From Podarcis erhardii (taxonomy: Eukaryota): a stretch of 54,943 bases of DNA. A program made the translations under genes and the position numbers. Shown here piece by piece: positions 13,548-27,200 of the stretch. Numbering within the stretch: position 1 is the stretch's first letter; every line of letters begins with the position of its first letter. The DNA lies in NCBI GenBank assembly GCA_964252035.1, contig CAXUOO010000113.1. One strand, given 5' to 3'. The notes under the pieces were generated by a model. That model had not been told where the DNA came from and searched no databases. It was given only the letters and a program-made list of their open reading frames with translations.

Positions 13548-15130
13548 AGAGGAAGGGAAGAAGAAAGATGTCTACATGGGAGAGGAAGATTATAGAAACG
13601 AACGAAACGGAAGAAAATATTGAAAAAAACGGAAAACGGGGGAAATAGAGGAAAGGAATAGTAGTAAGTGAAGAGGGAAGGTAGAGTGATGGATTGAAGA
13701 ACGTAGAGCAAACAGAATGAGACGGTGTAAGAGGGATAGCAGAATAACGAGACAATGTAAAAAAGGGAGAAAAAAATGGACGAGAAGAAAACATGTTCTC
13801 AAGGAAGAGGCTGTAGAATAAAGAGTAAAAAAAAGGGAAAGAAGTAACCGGTGTATGAGGGAGAGAGTCAGTCGCTTTGTTTGAAACTTAAGCATATTTT
13901 CTTTCTCATGCACATTTAATCTTCACCATTCTGCTGTGTTCTACCACTTCTAAAAAGGGAGAGGAGGAAACGGTGTATGAGGAAAAAAGGAAATGACAGA
14001 ATCAGTGCTGGCGACAAAGAAGAGAACGGGTGAACAAGAGGACGGAACCAAGGATGAAGGCTCTGGGGAAAATAGGACATGAAAGGGAATCAAAGAGGAA
14101 GGGAATGATAAATTTGCGGAAGAGAAACGTGAAAACAATCTAGATTTGAAGGTCAACTAATGAGCTGACCTCGAAAGAAAAATGTCAGAGCGAACACTTG
14201 TAAAGAGAATTCGAGCGAAGTACAAGCTACGAGAGAAAGCATGTGTTGACACGGATATGAGTTAGTCGTCAGGAGAAAGAAAGGTATTTGAAAATCCGAA
14301 AGAAGTAGGAGTAAGAGCTCAAACCGTAATAAATGATGACGGACAAAAATAAGCATGGAGAATATAGTGGTAACAACCTGCTGTGGTACACTACGAACAA
14401 AGAAGCAAATAAACTATATGTGCGGATTTTCTTCATGAATTTTTGCATCTACGTCTGGATTTATATATGAGCCTGTGAATGGAAAATGATATGCTGATCA
14501 GTATTAGCTGAGGAAGCTATGCAGATAAACAGGAGAAAAACAAACCGTGGACAGCTATTGTTTTAGAGAATGCGCTGGACGAAAAAGAGAGACTAGACAA
14601 AGAAAAGCTTATCATGTAGTATACAGAGAAAAAGAGGAAGAAAGAAAAGGTCTTTAACCGAATACAAGAGCTTGTGTTCACGCGAAAATAAGCAGTGCAG
14701 AATCAAAAAGAATGTAGCCGATCGAAACGCAATCAGAATGCAAGAGAATACATATATGTATGTGTTATTTAATTGTATATATATAGCGAGGTTGTAGGTG
14801 GAGAATGATTATAAAAGAGGAAATATAAGTTGATGATTTGAAAATAGAGAAAGGGACGTTTAGGTGAATGTTATGCAGATATGAATATGAGAAGTAGAGA
14901 CAACACAATTCTGAAGAGAAACACCGAGTCAGGAGACTGACGAGGAGATGTGACGAATACTGGAAGGCGGAGCTAAGACGATTTCAATGTCTAGCGACTA
15001 ATTTTTGTTTGAGAGGTGCGCCTGGTATGAAAATGCGAAATTTTTTTCTACACACGAAAGAGAAAATCCAGGTGAGGCAGAAACGAAGGTAACAAGGTAT
15101 GTGGAATAAATAAAAAGTTGATAATGCAAG
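13548..15130. repeat. Purine-rich (GA-biased) low-complexity tract
   Basis: Strong A/G excess on the plus strand. The motif CGGTGTATGAGG recurs near 13849 and 13970. The plus frames I translated (about 13550-13950) contain scattered stops. Confidence 0.75.
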
Positions 15131-17540
15131 GAAAATTGCTTGGGTGCTGACGCAGGAAAGAGAAACATTTTTCGATTGCTCATTCACAAACAATACTCAC
15201 AACTCCTTCCGTACAGGTGTTTAGGCAACACAAGAAAAAAGCAATGATATGGAGGAAAGCGGGTCGAATCAGGCAAAGGGCTAGCGATGCCTGCAAACGC
15301 TTTGAACAGTGTGTGTATAAAGGTAGACAACCAAAAGCAAGTACAGTGGAACAGACCTTTACCTGTTTCTAAGGTTGCATATATACATAAAAATATACAA
15401 ATGCACTCCAACTTTTAATCATCAAGATAATTATGCAAAATACTGATTTTTGCTTTCGTGGACTGCCAGTCGCCTTGAGGATTTTGGCGGGAACATGGCC
15501 TCTTCAGTTAAACCGAGTGCGTACACACAATAGAACAGGTCATGTTCCCATGTTGAGTGCCGTGTGTTACCGAATCTCGCGAATACCCAGCTGTGAGATG
15601 TAGCAGAAATTTTAGCTTGACATGCCCATGCTATCTGTTCAGCTTCGAGTTTGTGAGCGGCCAATCTGATTGTGAATTAGGAGTGCAATGCGAAAGGAGC
15701 AATTTAAAGAGCTGTATTGGAGATGTTTGATACCGGTGAATAAAATATCTGAAATATACTCAAACTACATGAAAGGGGTGGTATAAAAATTTAAGTGCCA
15801 CAACATGGAGCGAAAATCTGTGTAGCGCGGTCCTCAAGTGCCTCCCTGGCAAAAAATGTGAATTAAGGGGATCGTTGCACTTTTCCGGCGAATGTGAGAC
15901 ATTTGTCCTTAGCGCTGGTTTAGAATGCGTCTACCACTTCGGCTACAGCAGCGGCACCGACGACAGAGTGTAACGATTGAAGTGAAGCAGTTTTAGTTGC
16001 TAAAGCGACGATGTTTATCTAAAAAAGTTCTTTCTGGCAACAGGGCATCATTGGAACCACGGCCCATTTGCACATGCGTAAGCACGCAGAGCGTGCGCAT
16101 TTGCTGGAAAGTGTGCGTCAGCACGTTTTTTAAACTAAAGATCCTTACATATGTTTCAACAGGTTGTGCAAGTGGAAAGGCGATATGTATAAAAATTTGC
16201 TAATCTTGTGGCGTCCTGAAAATCGATTTTTTACCGCATTCATGCAACTCAGCGACAATCTCTGGTTCAAGTCATTTGTCCTGGTTCGTGCAGGTTGAAA
16301 GTAAGTGACTAGATGTGTGTAGCGCAACGCCTAGCACGAATAGGGACATATACTAGGCAGATAATATTCTGTATCGAACGAGCGGATACAATCAATTGAG
16401 AACTTAATCTATTGAACCCTGAACGAACAGCCTCTGCTACTGCGCAGATGAAGGGGAAAAAAGCAAGTTTGTAAGTATCGGCAGCGTGGCTCTCTCTAAC
16501 AGCGTGGGACATACCATAATGATAAGTAACTCAACAACCGGGACAGACCTGCTTATGGACCGCCACTTTCATGCAAGGAAAAATATTTGGATAGTAGATC
16601 AAACCTGCCCAGCTTGACAGATCTTCACTATATCGCTTTAGTAACCGCTGACCGCTTGAAACAGATTCTCTAAGTTCATAAGGAAAAAGTGTATACGCCT
16701 ACCGCTGCGTTCGGCATCTCCGTCTTGAACACGAGAGAGAGTTTTTGCCTTTATTTGAAAAAATCTACTATAGACTAAGGTCATGGGCAGTACTGTATGT
16801 AAAGCTCTGTGTATTACGGATCCAGAATGAACCGATAAAGCGCGATATGAAACAAACCTTTCTTAAATGCTGTAACCTATAGAAAGGTTAAAGTCTTTTC
16901 CCCATCAAAGACTAGTGGTTTGCATTGCGGCCGTGAGTGAATATTGGACTTCCTTCATGCATTCCATTACCGTACCTACCCTGCAGCTAGGGTCTAGCGT
17001 TCTTGCTGCAATTTTGATCATAAGCATGACGAGGAATGTTTCCATGTAATGCCTTTTTCATCAACGGTAAATTGATACTTCAACAATACTTCAAGCTTAA
17101 CATTCACGATAATGTTTTGTATTCACAGCTGTTGTTGTAAAGTTACGAAGGTCGTACCGTAAGTCAATCATAACGTCCAAGAAGAGGTAGGACAGCTATA
17201 TTATAGAAAACTGTGCTCCATTAAAAACAAAGAACATGTTCACTTTTGCTGCTACGTGCTCATAGCCGTTGTATTCAAGAATAATATTATAAATATTATG
17301 CTAGGCTCTCAGAACAGCAAATGAATTGTCTGAAATTTCGCTCAGCGTAGATTAGCATACACGTGCCACATTTTAGGAACACTGTATTGTAGTATATATG
17401 TCCACTTTAAATGATTGCTACATCTTCTTGCAGTAGAATCCGGTAGCACTTATGAAGTTGTATGAGTTCCTCACGCCTTGTGAGAAGAAACAATGTGGAA
17501 ACTGTTAATTAGCTTTTGAACTGAAGCTGCAGCGACGAAG

Positions 17541-17732
17541 ATGCCACTTTTTGCTCTTCTGTCGCTATGCTGAAAAATTCGAATGCGAGCGGTCAGAACC
17601 AATTTCTTTCAAGTGGGCGAATCTGGTGCAAAAATGTCACTTTTTGCTCTTCTCTCGCTTTTTTTTTTTTTTTTTTAAAAATTCGAATGCGAGCGGTCAG
17701 AACCTATTTCATTCAAGTGGGCAAATCTGGTG
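17541..17732. repeat. Two-copy tandem duplication (~93 bp unit) with a T-run expansion in copy 2
   Basis: ATGCCACTTTTTGCTCTTCT...AAAATTCGAATGCGAGCGGTCAGAACC...TTCAAGTGGGCGAATCTGGTG at 17541 recurs at 17634 with a few substitutions and a long poly-T. Confidence 0.9.
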
Positions 17733-18646
17733 TATTGGAGACTGACTAGCTGTGGGTGTGACTTCGGCGAATCGATTGTGGAACGACGGCCAATTTGTTT
17801 GGAAAAAATGTGCGTCTGTTTGAAGAAACAAATTGTGGTTGTATTCTTAGCCCCGTGTTCGAGAAAAAATCAGAACAGCGGTCATCGCGGTCTGTAATGT
17901 AAGTTTCCTAAAAAGCACCAGACGCGCCCCATTGTGCTTTAACTTCTGTTCAACAGCGCCTCTCTGCCCCCAAAGTGAAGGTATAATTATGAAAATTTGA
18001 CTCTCAGATTTGGCGAGGAGATTACTTTAACGGTTCTCATTTTGGTAACGATTCCAACTTGGAGTGAGCCATAATACACTGTGCAAACAAAGGGCAGAGC
18101 TGTGTTTCTTGACCTGCAGTTGCGCCTTTTTCCGTTTCCTTCGATTCTGTAAGGTTGAGAATTGTTTGACAATTAAACAAATTCGATGTCTAGCAGTGTT
18201 AGCCTCAATAGATATCGACTGATTGAATTCGGTGTCTAGCATTGTTTAGCGTTGTCTTTTTGATGGAATGCTAAATAGAATTTTGACGTGTGGGATCCTG
18301 TGTCGCATGCTCGTGGAGTTCATGCCGTCGGCAAGTGGCTTCTCTTATTGCGATTTCCCCAATTAAGTGAACAGATTGGAGTACAAAAGAAATAGAACCA
18401 TGCGCGTCGACGGTAGAAACCAGAAAAAGCCTCTTGGTGGTGATGTAGGTTTATGCTTTTTTACACCTAAGCGGGACATTCTGTGAATGTGTCAACGAAT
18501 GCACTATGCCAGATTCACGCAGCAGGATACACAGTCTAACTACGTCAAGCGGGTACGTTTTTAGTTTACTTGCTCGTTCTGGAGATTTTGCCCTCAGGTT
18601 GTTCGCTCATTTGCATTGTTTTCATTACGTTTTTTCATGCTCACAG

Positions 18647-18744
18647 GACTACAAACATGATTACTAACCGGAAAAATTCGAAAATGATATATAAGGGAAG
18701 TTTGATGGTTGCTGTTGGAGGCATCTTATTGCTGGCACTTATAG
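18647..18744 (+). CDS. Candidate exon encoding a hydrophobic (signal-anchor/TM-like) segment
   Basis: Acceptor catgctcacag| and donor ATAG|GTACGC bound TTNMITNRKNSKMIYKGSLMVAVGGILLLALI. Confidence 0.3.
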
Positions 18745-21700
18745 GTACGCTCCGTCGTAAAGAATGTTACATATGTGGGTCAGCAGTAGAGCAGCTTCTG
18801 TAAATGCATGAACCACATATATTGCATAATCATGCTTAAGTCCAAACTTCCAGATTTCAGGCGTTAAAGGCCTGTACCATATGCATTGTCTGCCTTCTTA
18901 AATAAAATAATGTTGCTCTATTCTAAAATATTTGGAGTGCAGTTCCGCCATCACTGGTGACCATGTTGCAGAGCGTACATTCCTAAATACGCACAAGAGT
19001 CATGAATATTATAAAAAAAAAGTAGTTTCAACGCATTCAAAAAGAGAAATAAACAGGTTTTGGTGTATGTATTTGTACACGTATATAAAGCAGTTTGCAT
19101 ATGTGCTTCTTAGAGAGCCTCGCAATTGTTGTTATAGCTATGCTCAATTTTTGTTCTGGGCAATGACTGGGATGTGGTTTGTTTTAAAAAATGTGGGCTA
19201 TTTCATTGACAGAGCATCGCATTTGTTTGTCATTACCTCAGCCGCAGTAAAGTAAGTGTTTTTAATTGAGAGGTTATCGGAAAACTTACGTTGTCTTCAA
19301 TGAATGTAAATTGATGGGCTAGGCATCGGGGATATCCGGCTTATATATAGGTACAAGGTACGTATAACAACGCAGCAGATTCCTTCGAGATTGAGTGGAC
19401 AGATCGAAGACGCATGTTGCTGTTACTACGCTGCAGATCTTCCAAGTTAAATGAACAAATTCTTTTTGCCTAACCTTTGCTGTCGCCGCTGTGCCACAAG
19501 ATCAAAGTAAAAGTATATATTAAAAAAACTGAGTATATTCCTGGCGCGACACTTAGGACAAAAAACACGTTCGTAAATACATTTAGATGTGCAAGTTTTC
19601 GCTCAGTGAACAACTACTCGGACCAGTGTCGAGCCCATACCTTCCCAAGTTATTTCTTAGGATTATCAAACATTTGAATTAGCAAGCCAAGCAGATTAGA
19701 TTGTTGATGTCGTACAATAGCATTATTTGCAGTTACTCCTGTACTCAGGTTCTCCTAGCTATCTCATAAAATGTGAGGCATCCACTGAAGGTACTCTGCC
19801 AAGCAGTGCAGCTGTTAAATAACATGGGAAAAATTGCATCCATGCTCAATAGCGAGCGTCGACCATATGCACTCTGTTTTGTTATTTATCACAATATGCG
19901 GACTTCCTTATTGGGAAATACAGTCTTCTGCGCTGGCTGCGCCGTCCAAAATTAGACTCTATATGACCAGAAAATTCTTTGAAATAGAGAGTAGCACCCC
20001 GTGAAAGTAGAACTTTAACGCCGACTTTTATGACGTTCTCACCATTTGAATAAGATGAGGCCTTTAAAAGACAATCTTTCAAAAAACCCTGCATACACTC
20101 TGAGAGATGATCCCTAATGCCGCAGAATGTGCAGTTCTTATTAACGTGAAGAGGAGGTAAGAATTGACTCTCAACATGTTGTATGATCTCTGTTTGGCAA
20201 AAGCATGCCTCATATGCGCTATTGTATGCTAATATAAAAAATTACACGAAGGATTATCCTTCACTAGAGCACAATATTGTATCGCATTCACATCATATGC
20301 TTCTTAAGTTCGAACTGGCTGCAATACCTCTGCAGTTTTTAGCTGCGTAAATTGAGCTTTAGATCATAACACCTTTTTTAAGTGACTGCATTCTTACGTT
20401 AACAGGAACCGATCACTGCTGACTGTGGCGCAGCACTGAAAGCTCACTCATCAGGATTGCACGCGCTATTGGCGAGTGCTGAAAGCAAATCAAACATATA
20501 CAATTACCTGGTCATTAGTTGACTGTCTTGTACTTGGTCAACTCGAGAGGTTTATTAAGCTCATGATATACATTGACGCAGGCCAAAGGATACGGATCAA
20601 ACGCCCTGCTGTTTTGCTGAAAAATTGGATCAAACGGCATTCTAAGACTCTCTTTGTGTTCCACTGTGTGAATAAAAGCATAAATATATGCGGTCTATCT
20701 TATTCTGTATGATTTGTAGTTCACCAGACCCCCTAGTTGCTGCCTAGACTTACACAATGATGGCTGCTATAGGGCGCAAGACAAACTCCCACCTATACTA
20801 TGGCTAGCCGTAATTGAGCTTATGAAAACGCACATTAACAGACGTGCTTGAAATCCACTTTATATAAAATATATAAAGTGCGAAATGCTGCAGTTGCCTC
20901 TGAGAAAGTCGATTCGGGATGAATTCTCTCGAAGGTGCTGAAAGTACAGGAAATCATTACTCAGTTTGAAACTTTACGAAGACAAGGAACTGATCACATA
21001 CACAATCTCCTTGTATTTCCTAGAATTTGCTGTCGACAACTGCGTGCAAATTATTTTTTTCTGCCATCAGCATGCAGAGACTTTTGTCTCAATAGACGGT
21101 GCTCGGTGGACGCAACGAGGGAAATTGAAGGCTCTGGTCAGGAATTTTCAAGCTCAAGATCGATATGATGCTAGTGTTTTATATTCCAGCCGCTGTCCCA
21201 CCTGCGATATCAAATTCCATTGAGCACTTCAACAGAGAGACGTAAAATAAAGAGGAGCATTATAGGATGTCGTGATAACACATCGTTGAATGAAAGGGCC
21301 ACCTGAGGTTTCCAAAATGGAAATATTTTAAAGTAGCCGGAATGGTTGGAATTTTTCAAGGAGTGACCCGACGGTTGTGTCTTTCATACAGTGTCATGCA
21401 GGGTGTGGTTGAAAAAACCTTTTTTTAAAAGAATCTACTTTCAAGGAACGGATGCTTTTCATAGACTTCCGTGATCTGTGCAACCAATACACGCGCAAGC
21501 AGGAAAATACATGAGCTTCGAGTCAAAAACTGTTTTTTTCTTAACTTGTCAGAAATGTAAACCGAACCGACACTGGAGGTAGATGGCAATATATTGAAAG
21601 CAGCGTCCAACTTTGTTTAATGCTTAGCTGCTGAACAGCATTTATTACGTCGAAGGCGGCTTTTGGGAGCGTGGATGCATTTAAACGTGAAAGAATGCAG

Positions 21701-23167
21701 CAGAGCAAGGAGAAGAAACAATGTACTTTCCCTAGCTGATATCGTCGGCCTGTGTGTACTCAAGGGTTTGCCAGAAACAAATTCCCTTAATCTTTCCATT
21801 TGCTGAGTTTTCTTTTTCGGTGAGGTTCGCATAATTTAATGGGGGTCGCACAGACTTCAAGGCAGCTATTGACGAACTTCATGCACCTGTTCCACCGCAG
21901 AACATGAGGTACTCATAGATAACAGCACAAAGACTCTCAACGTGCTTGAACAAGCAAGTGAGATATTTCTACTGGAAGGAGGGAGCTGTTGCTCTACCGC
22001 CAAATGAAGAATGAACTTGCAGCACTATTTATAGAATCTGTGCACACTGCTCGTTTTCAGGACATAAAACTGATTTTCGGACGATCAGAACAGAACAGAA
22101 CATATAATTGAATTCTCTTACCGTACAACAAGCACTTTTCTTTGTAAGGATGCAAAAAATAGGCTAAGGGCAGCAATTTTTCAAAACTTTTTGAGTTTCA
22201 ATCTAGATGCAAAACAAAAGGAGTTCAATGCTTGAAGATGATACACTTATTAGAAACATTTAATGAGGCCCGGCAAGTACTCTCCAACTTGAAAGTCGTT
22301 AAGTACTCTTCGAAAGGCAGAAGAACCAGCCGACCTCTGCTTTCCGTTGCGCTTTCTTTAAAGTCGTGGGGGTTGCAACGCCACTACGAACTGCGAACCA
22401 TAATCACACATTGAGGAAATGACGAACATGCTGGTCAAGAACCTCAATGTCATTGCTCGTTAAAGCCGTTGTGCTAGTAACATTGTCTTCTTAATGAATA
22501 GGAAGATTACAGGGAAAGAGAATTCAAAGAAGTTACAATTGCCTTTCTAATTTGCATGATTAATCCTGCTTCAATAGGTGTATGACAAACATCAGAACGC
22601 CATTTTAAAGTACGTGCTACGCTGGAAAAAAAGGATCTGTAAGGTCTTTGTTCCAACTACCGTCAATTTTCACTATCTTTTCTAAATATGCTCTTACTTT
22701 TAGGGAGGAATAATAATGAAATTACGAGAATAAGCTACGTCTTTCTATAGGCGAGTGAAAGAATGTCAAACAAGCGCATCTCAATTAGTTTGAACGTTGT
22801 CTTTGCTCTTGGTACAACATGGAACCCCTCAATGGTATAATTCTTCGGCTGATGGTACTTATCAGCAATCCTATCGTCTAGCGCAACAGTGTCTCAAACC
22901 TTTGTGTACCGTTGATCATGCTTATTATGTGATATCAATGCGCGTGCTCTTGTCTCTTTTTCTCTCGCATAGGCTTTGGCTTCTGTGTGTAAATTAATCT
23001 GTGTTTCAGACTAGGCGTTGTATTTGAATGCTCAAGCGAGGAAATCGATCTAATTGCCCCGTGCGCTTGTCACCATTAACGCTGCTGTGTGAAGGGATTA
23101 TTTTAATAACAAAGCTGACTAGAAAATAACCGATTAGAGCTGATCAAGCGAAAACCTGCTGCTTAGA

Positions 23168-23355
23168 GTTCTGTTGGTACAGCAAGATAGCGGCAACTGA
23201 TGACAATTGTGCTCTTACACAATTTTTTTCGAAACGATTGTCCGTGCAAGATCCTCCTGCTAAAAATTTTGTCGGTGCAGCAGGATAGCGCCAACTGGAT
23301 GACAACCGTGCTATTGCCACCATCTGTACGGAAACAATTGTCGGTGCAAGCTCTG
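23168..23355. repeat. Diverged two-copy tandem duplication (~98-100 bp unit)
   Basis: TGTTGGTACAGCAAGATAGCGGCAACTGATGACAATTGTGCT...GAAACGATTGTCCGTGCAAG at 23172 versus TGTCGGTGCAGCAGGATAGCGCCAACTGGATGACAACCGTGCT...GAAACAATTGTCGGTGCAAG at 23270. Confidence 0.8.
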
Positions 23356-24229
23356 TTTTGCTCATACTTCACATCATCAAGTAAGATTGTAATTATACAT
23401 GTAGAGCATCATGTCTAGTAAACTAATCTCTTTGTGGACGTTGAAGTGTGGACATTTGGACGTCTTCATATTCGCATTTGGAGACGTATGAGTGACTCAT
23501 GAAAATTTTCAACAACCCGTCACATCGTGGAGTACAATAAATATAGAGGTATGGGCTTGAATTACAGCGTGATTCTCTGTTAGTAGCGATCATAGTAGTG
23601 AGGCGTGCCAACCTTCTTCGTTGTTCCTCTTTATTGAATTGTGCTGCTTAGTGTCACACGTTTGAACTACTTAGAAACACATATATGAAAAGTAAGTCTC
23701 CAAGTTGCTCACGGTTTTTCGCAATCGCGAGACATATATGCTTATAGTGCATGGTACATCAATAGCCACAATTGTGGGCCAAAGAATTACACTGTATATT
23801 TACATGTATACATATGTAGGTTCAAGTGCTTGAAAAAACATCATGCAGCTCTTTTCGTACATGGGCGTTTATTGAATAGTTGTGCTTACTGATGTCGCCA
23901 CCTACGTCATGATTTCTTTTACAATAAACGACTTCATAAACGGTCGTAATCGAACTAGAAACATGATTGCGCTTTTCTTGCTTATGACACAGATTGAAGG
24001 GCGCAATAGACCAAACTGAGCTGGAGGGACAAGAACCACCAGAGAAGTCGAAGCAACGGTTTTTACATGCAAAACTTTGAATTTTCATTCAGGAATTGTT
24101 TGAAACCGAATTAAAATTAAAGGGACTAGTGGCGGATACTAGGAGTTTTCCTTATTTTGAAAGATATCAGCGCGACAACCACGCCGGTCTGTTTCATAAT
24201 CGCCCCTTGCTCAGTGACGAGAAAGTAGT

Positions 24230-27200
24230 TTTTGCAAGCCGGCGTTCAGTTTGACAGTTTAAGCAGCAAATTTGACTGTCAAACGAGTTGCCATGAGCAG
24301 ACAGAGGTGCTGCTGCAATCGGGTAGTTACAAGGGTTGCACAACAGCAATTTCAAACGTTTGCATTGTATAAAAGAATACGTTGTATTAGGTAGAGGCCA
24401 AACAATCGTGTAGCTGCGCATGGAGGTTACTCATCTCTACTCATTTGTGAGCGGACCTTTGAACTTAAATCAGCAGGTGAGCCGTGCAGCAGGGTCTCAA
24501 TAGTAAATATATCTGTGAAGTCATTACACAGCAGGAATTACTTCGCGTTACGAAGTAACTTTGAATCAAATTGTATACATCTTTATTACGATTATCCTGG
24601 TAAAGTTTGTATGCTAAAAAACATAGCGCTCAGGTACGGTTCAATATTTTTTTTAATCTCGCGTTACGTCCTCTTCAGGCTGCAAATCTGAATAATTTTT
24701 TAAAGGCTTGAGCCGTGCAGCATATTTTCGTTGTTTTTGGGTGTTTGTTAAGAAGCGCAAAACAATTTTTGAAGGCTCGTTCTAAACACCGAAAGGATTT
24801 TATGAGGTGAAAGCCGAAACTTTTTATTTATTTGTGCATGGTTCAATTTGTATGTCAGACTTCATTGTAGCGCTATGTAGAATGACATAGCACATTAGCC
24901 CCAAAGATCGCGAGGTCGAAGGCCCGCTACTATCAAGTAGTGAGAAGTGCACCAAGTTTCCGATGCTAGCGGTGTCTGTGTAGTCTCGTACAACAGCGAC
25001 TTTGAGACTGAGTAGATTGTATTACAAGAAAAAAAGCGGTGTATAATTCTTTGCATAACCTTTCTAATAGACTGTGTTTATCTGCCAGCAACTTGTTAGG
25101 CAGTAATATTATATCGTGTGGTGCATTATGTCCACTGCCTTGTTGAAGACATATCCAAGGTGACGAGCTGCGCCGGGTTTGATGTTTGCTGTATGTGTGA
25201 AGGATTGTGCAGCAGCACCTTAGTAAAGATTATTTTAAGTAAATAGAGTGCATTTATCAAAGCCAAATTTCTTCGTATTTTTGCTCGTTTTTCAGCAGAC
25301 TTCATTCAGTGCAGGTTTCAAAGTTGACGTTGGAAAAGTTTTAGATTTCTCAGAGCGCGTGCAGAGAGCGCTATTCAAGCTTTATTGAAACACTGTGATT
25401 CGTGCACCAGCAGAATTTATGAAAGATTGCACCGAAGCAACTTCAATGGCTCGCGTTGAGTAGGAGATAAATTTTGCTACACCGAACCCAGATGCTCAAC
25501 AACAGTGCGTGATCTGATCAGTTGCGTGTGGTTACAACCGAAGACAAAGCTATTATAAAGAATTATTTTTCTCCGAGCCGCAGCACCTCTATTGCAGGCC
25601 ATGAGGACTATTGTATACTTCAACGAAGTTAGCGGTGCAGTAAATTTCGGTTATCTGTGGACAGTTTCACAGCAACAACCGCAGAAGCTTGGGCTCAAAC
25701 ACATTAGTTAGTAGATCAAATAAGACAGCATATGGTATATCAAAAAGTGCATTATTTAAAAGGGTTTGGTTTTTTTTTTTTCGATCAGCATCAGAGCAAA
25801 GAGAAAGTATTTATCCATTTGGCTCGTTACTCGATCTGCGGGTTGTGCGGTCGATAGTAATCAGAGAGAGTACTTAATCATGGCTCGTTCTGCGGGCTGT
25901 GCGCTCGAATGTAAATTCTCAGAAAGTGAGACGCGCAACACATATATGGACACCCATGCACTCATGAAAGTTTACATAGCAGCAATTTCGACGGCTCAAA
26001 CTGTAAACTACACATTCTGCGTTACATGGAATCAATACGCTTTATATCATGCATTACTTGGCTAGTTGTCTTTTATCACAAGTGAAGACAACATCACAAT
26101 GCACTAAACGTACTGGTCAGTCAAGTTGCATTACCTTCATTTCAGGCTGCGCGGCCGAATTTGTTTATGTTAGGAAGATGAGCATGCAACATATTTTCAA
26201 GCAAAAAAGTGTCTGTGAAGGGTTTGCACAGCTGCCATTTTTACCTTTTTTGTTGTCAAATAGATGTACTGCTCTACATGGAAGTCGGAGTGCTATAGCA
26301 GCGCGTGTTGTGACTGCTTGGCTTGCTTACATATAGCTACAGCGGAAGGTATGAGTAATTATTCTCAATTTATCCCTCGCTTTTTGCAAGCCGCGCTTTT
26401 AAATCACTATTTCACGATAAGCCGCGCAACTAGTTTTCGGTGCCCGAATTAACTCTGAATGGTAGCACAGCAACAATTGTATAGGCTCGGGTCGAAAAGT
26501 CTGTTCCTTGTAGTTCAAAGACGACAGCCTTTGATAAATCAGTATGTTAATCAAATAGTATCGTTGGTTGATTTGAAGATTTTGCATTAGACTAGAGCTG
26601 CAAAACTTATTCTTACGGGGCGCTCTATGTACTGTGCGTTGTGCGGCCGGCCGTGTATTTTCAGAAAATAAGCCGCGAATTACATTTTGACCACCCCCAT
26701 ATCTGTGGAAGGTTGCACCGCAACAACCTCAAAGCGTCACATTGAAAAGTAACTACACTGCGGCACGGAAGTCGGATGCTGTACAACAGTGCATGATCTG
26801 GCTAATTGAATGTGGTTACAAGTGAACAGAGCACTAAGATAAAGTAGATATATTCTTTCCTTGCGCCGCAGCACGTCCATTGCAGGCTGTGCGGTCGAGT
26901 GTATAATTTTAAAATAAAAGGACGCGCAGCACATATTTGAACACCGCGTAATTAGCAGTTTCAAGGACTTGCAGACTACCTATCATTTGTTACATTGAAA
27001 GCATATCCTCTATAACCAGTGCTTAAATCGACAAATTGTATGACTTCACAGGTGACTGCAACATTAGAATATACTGAAAGTCTTTTTATGCAAGTCGCTG
27101 AATCTGTTTTTCTGACTGCGTCGTTGAACATATGTTTAAAGCAGATGATCGTCTTGCACATTTTCAAGCATCATAGTGTCTCATGAGGGTTGCACAGCAG

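Noticed and set aside
13333-14356. Phe/Leu/Ser-rich minus-strand ORFs as membrane proteins
   Set aside because: Artefact of the pyrimidine-rich strand, which is depleted in stops; several frames overlap.
18400-18450. MRVDGR as an RNase PH/exosome N-terminal motif
   Set aside because: The following residues lack the expected Arg and beta-strand pattern; too short to support.
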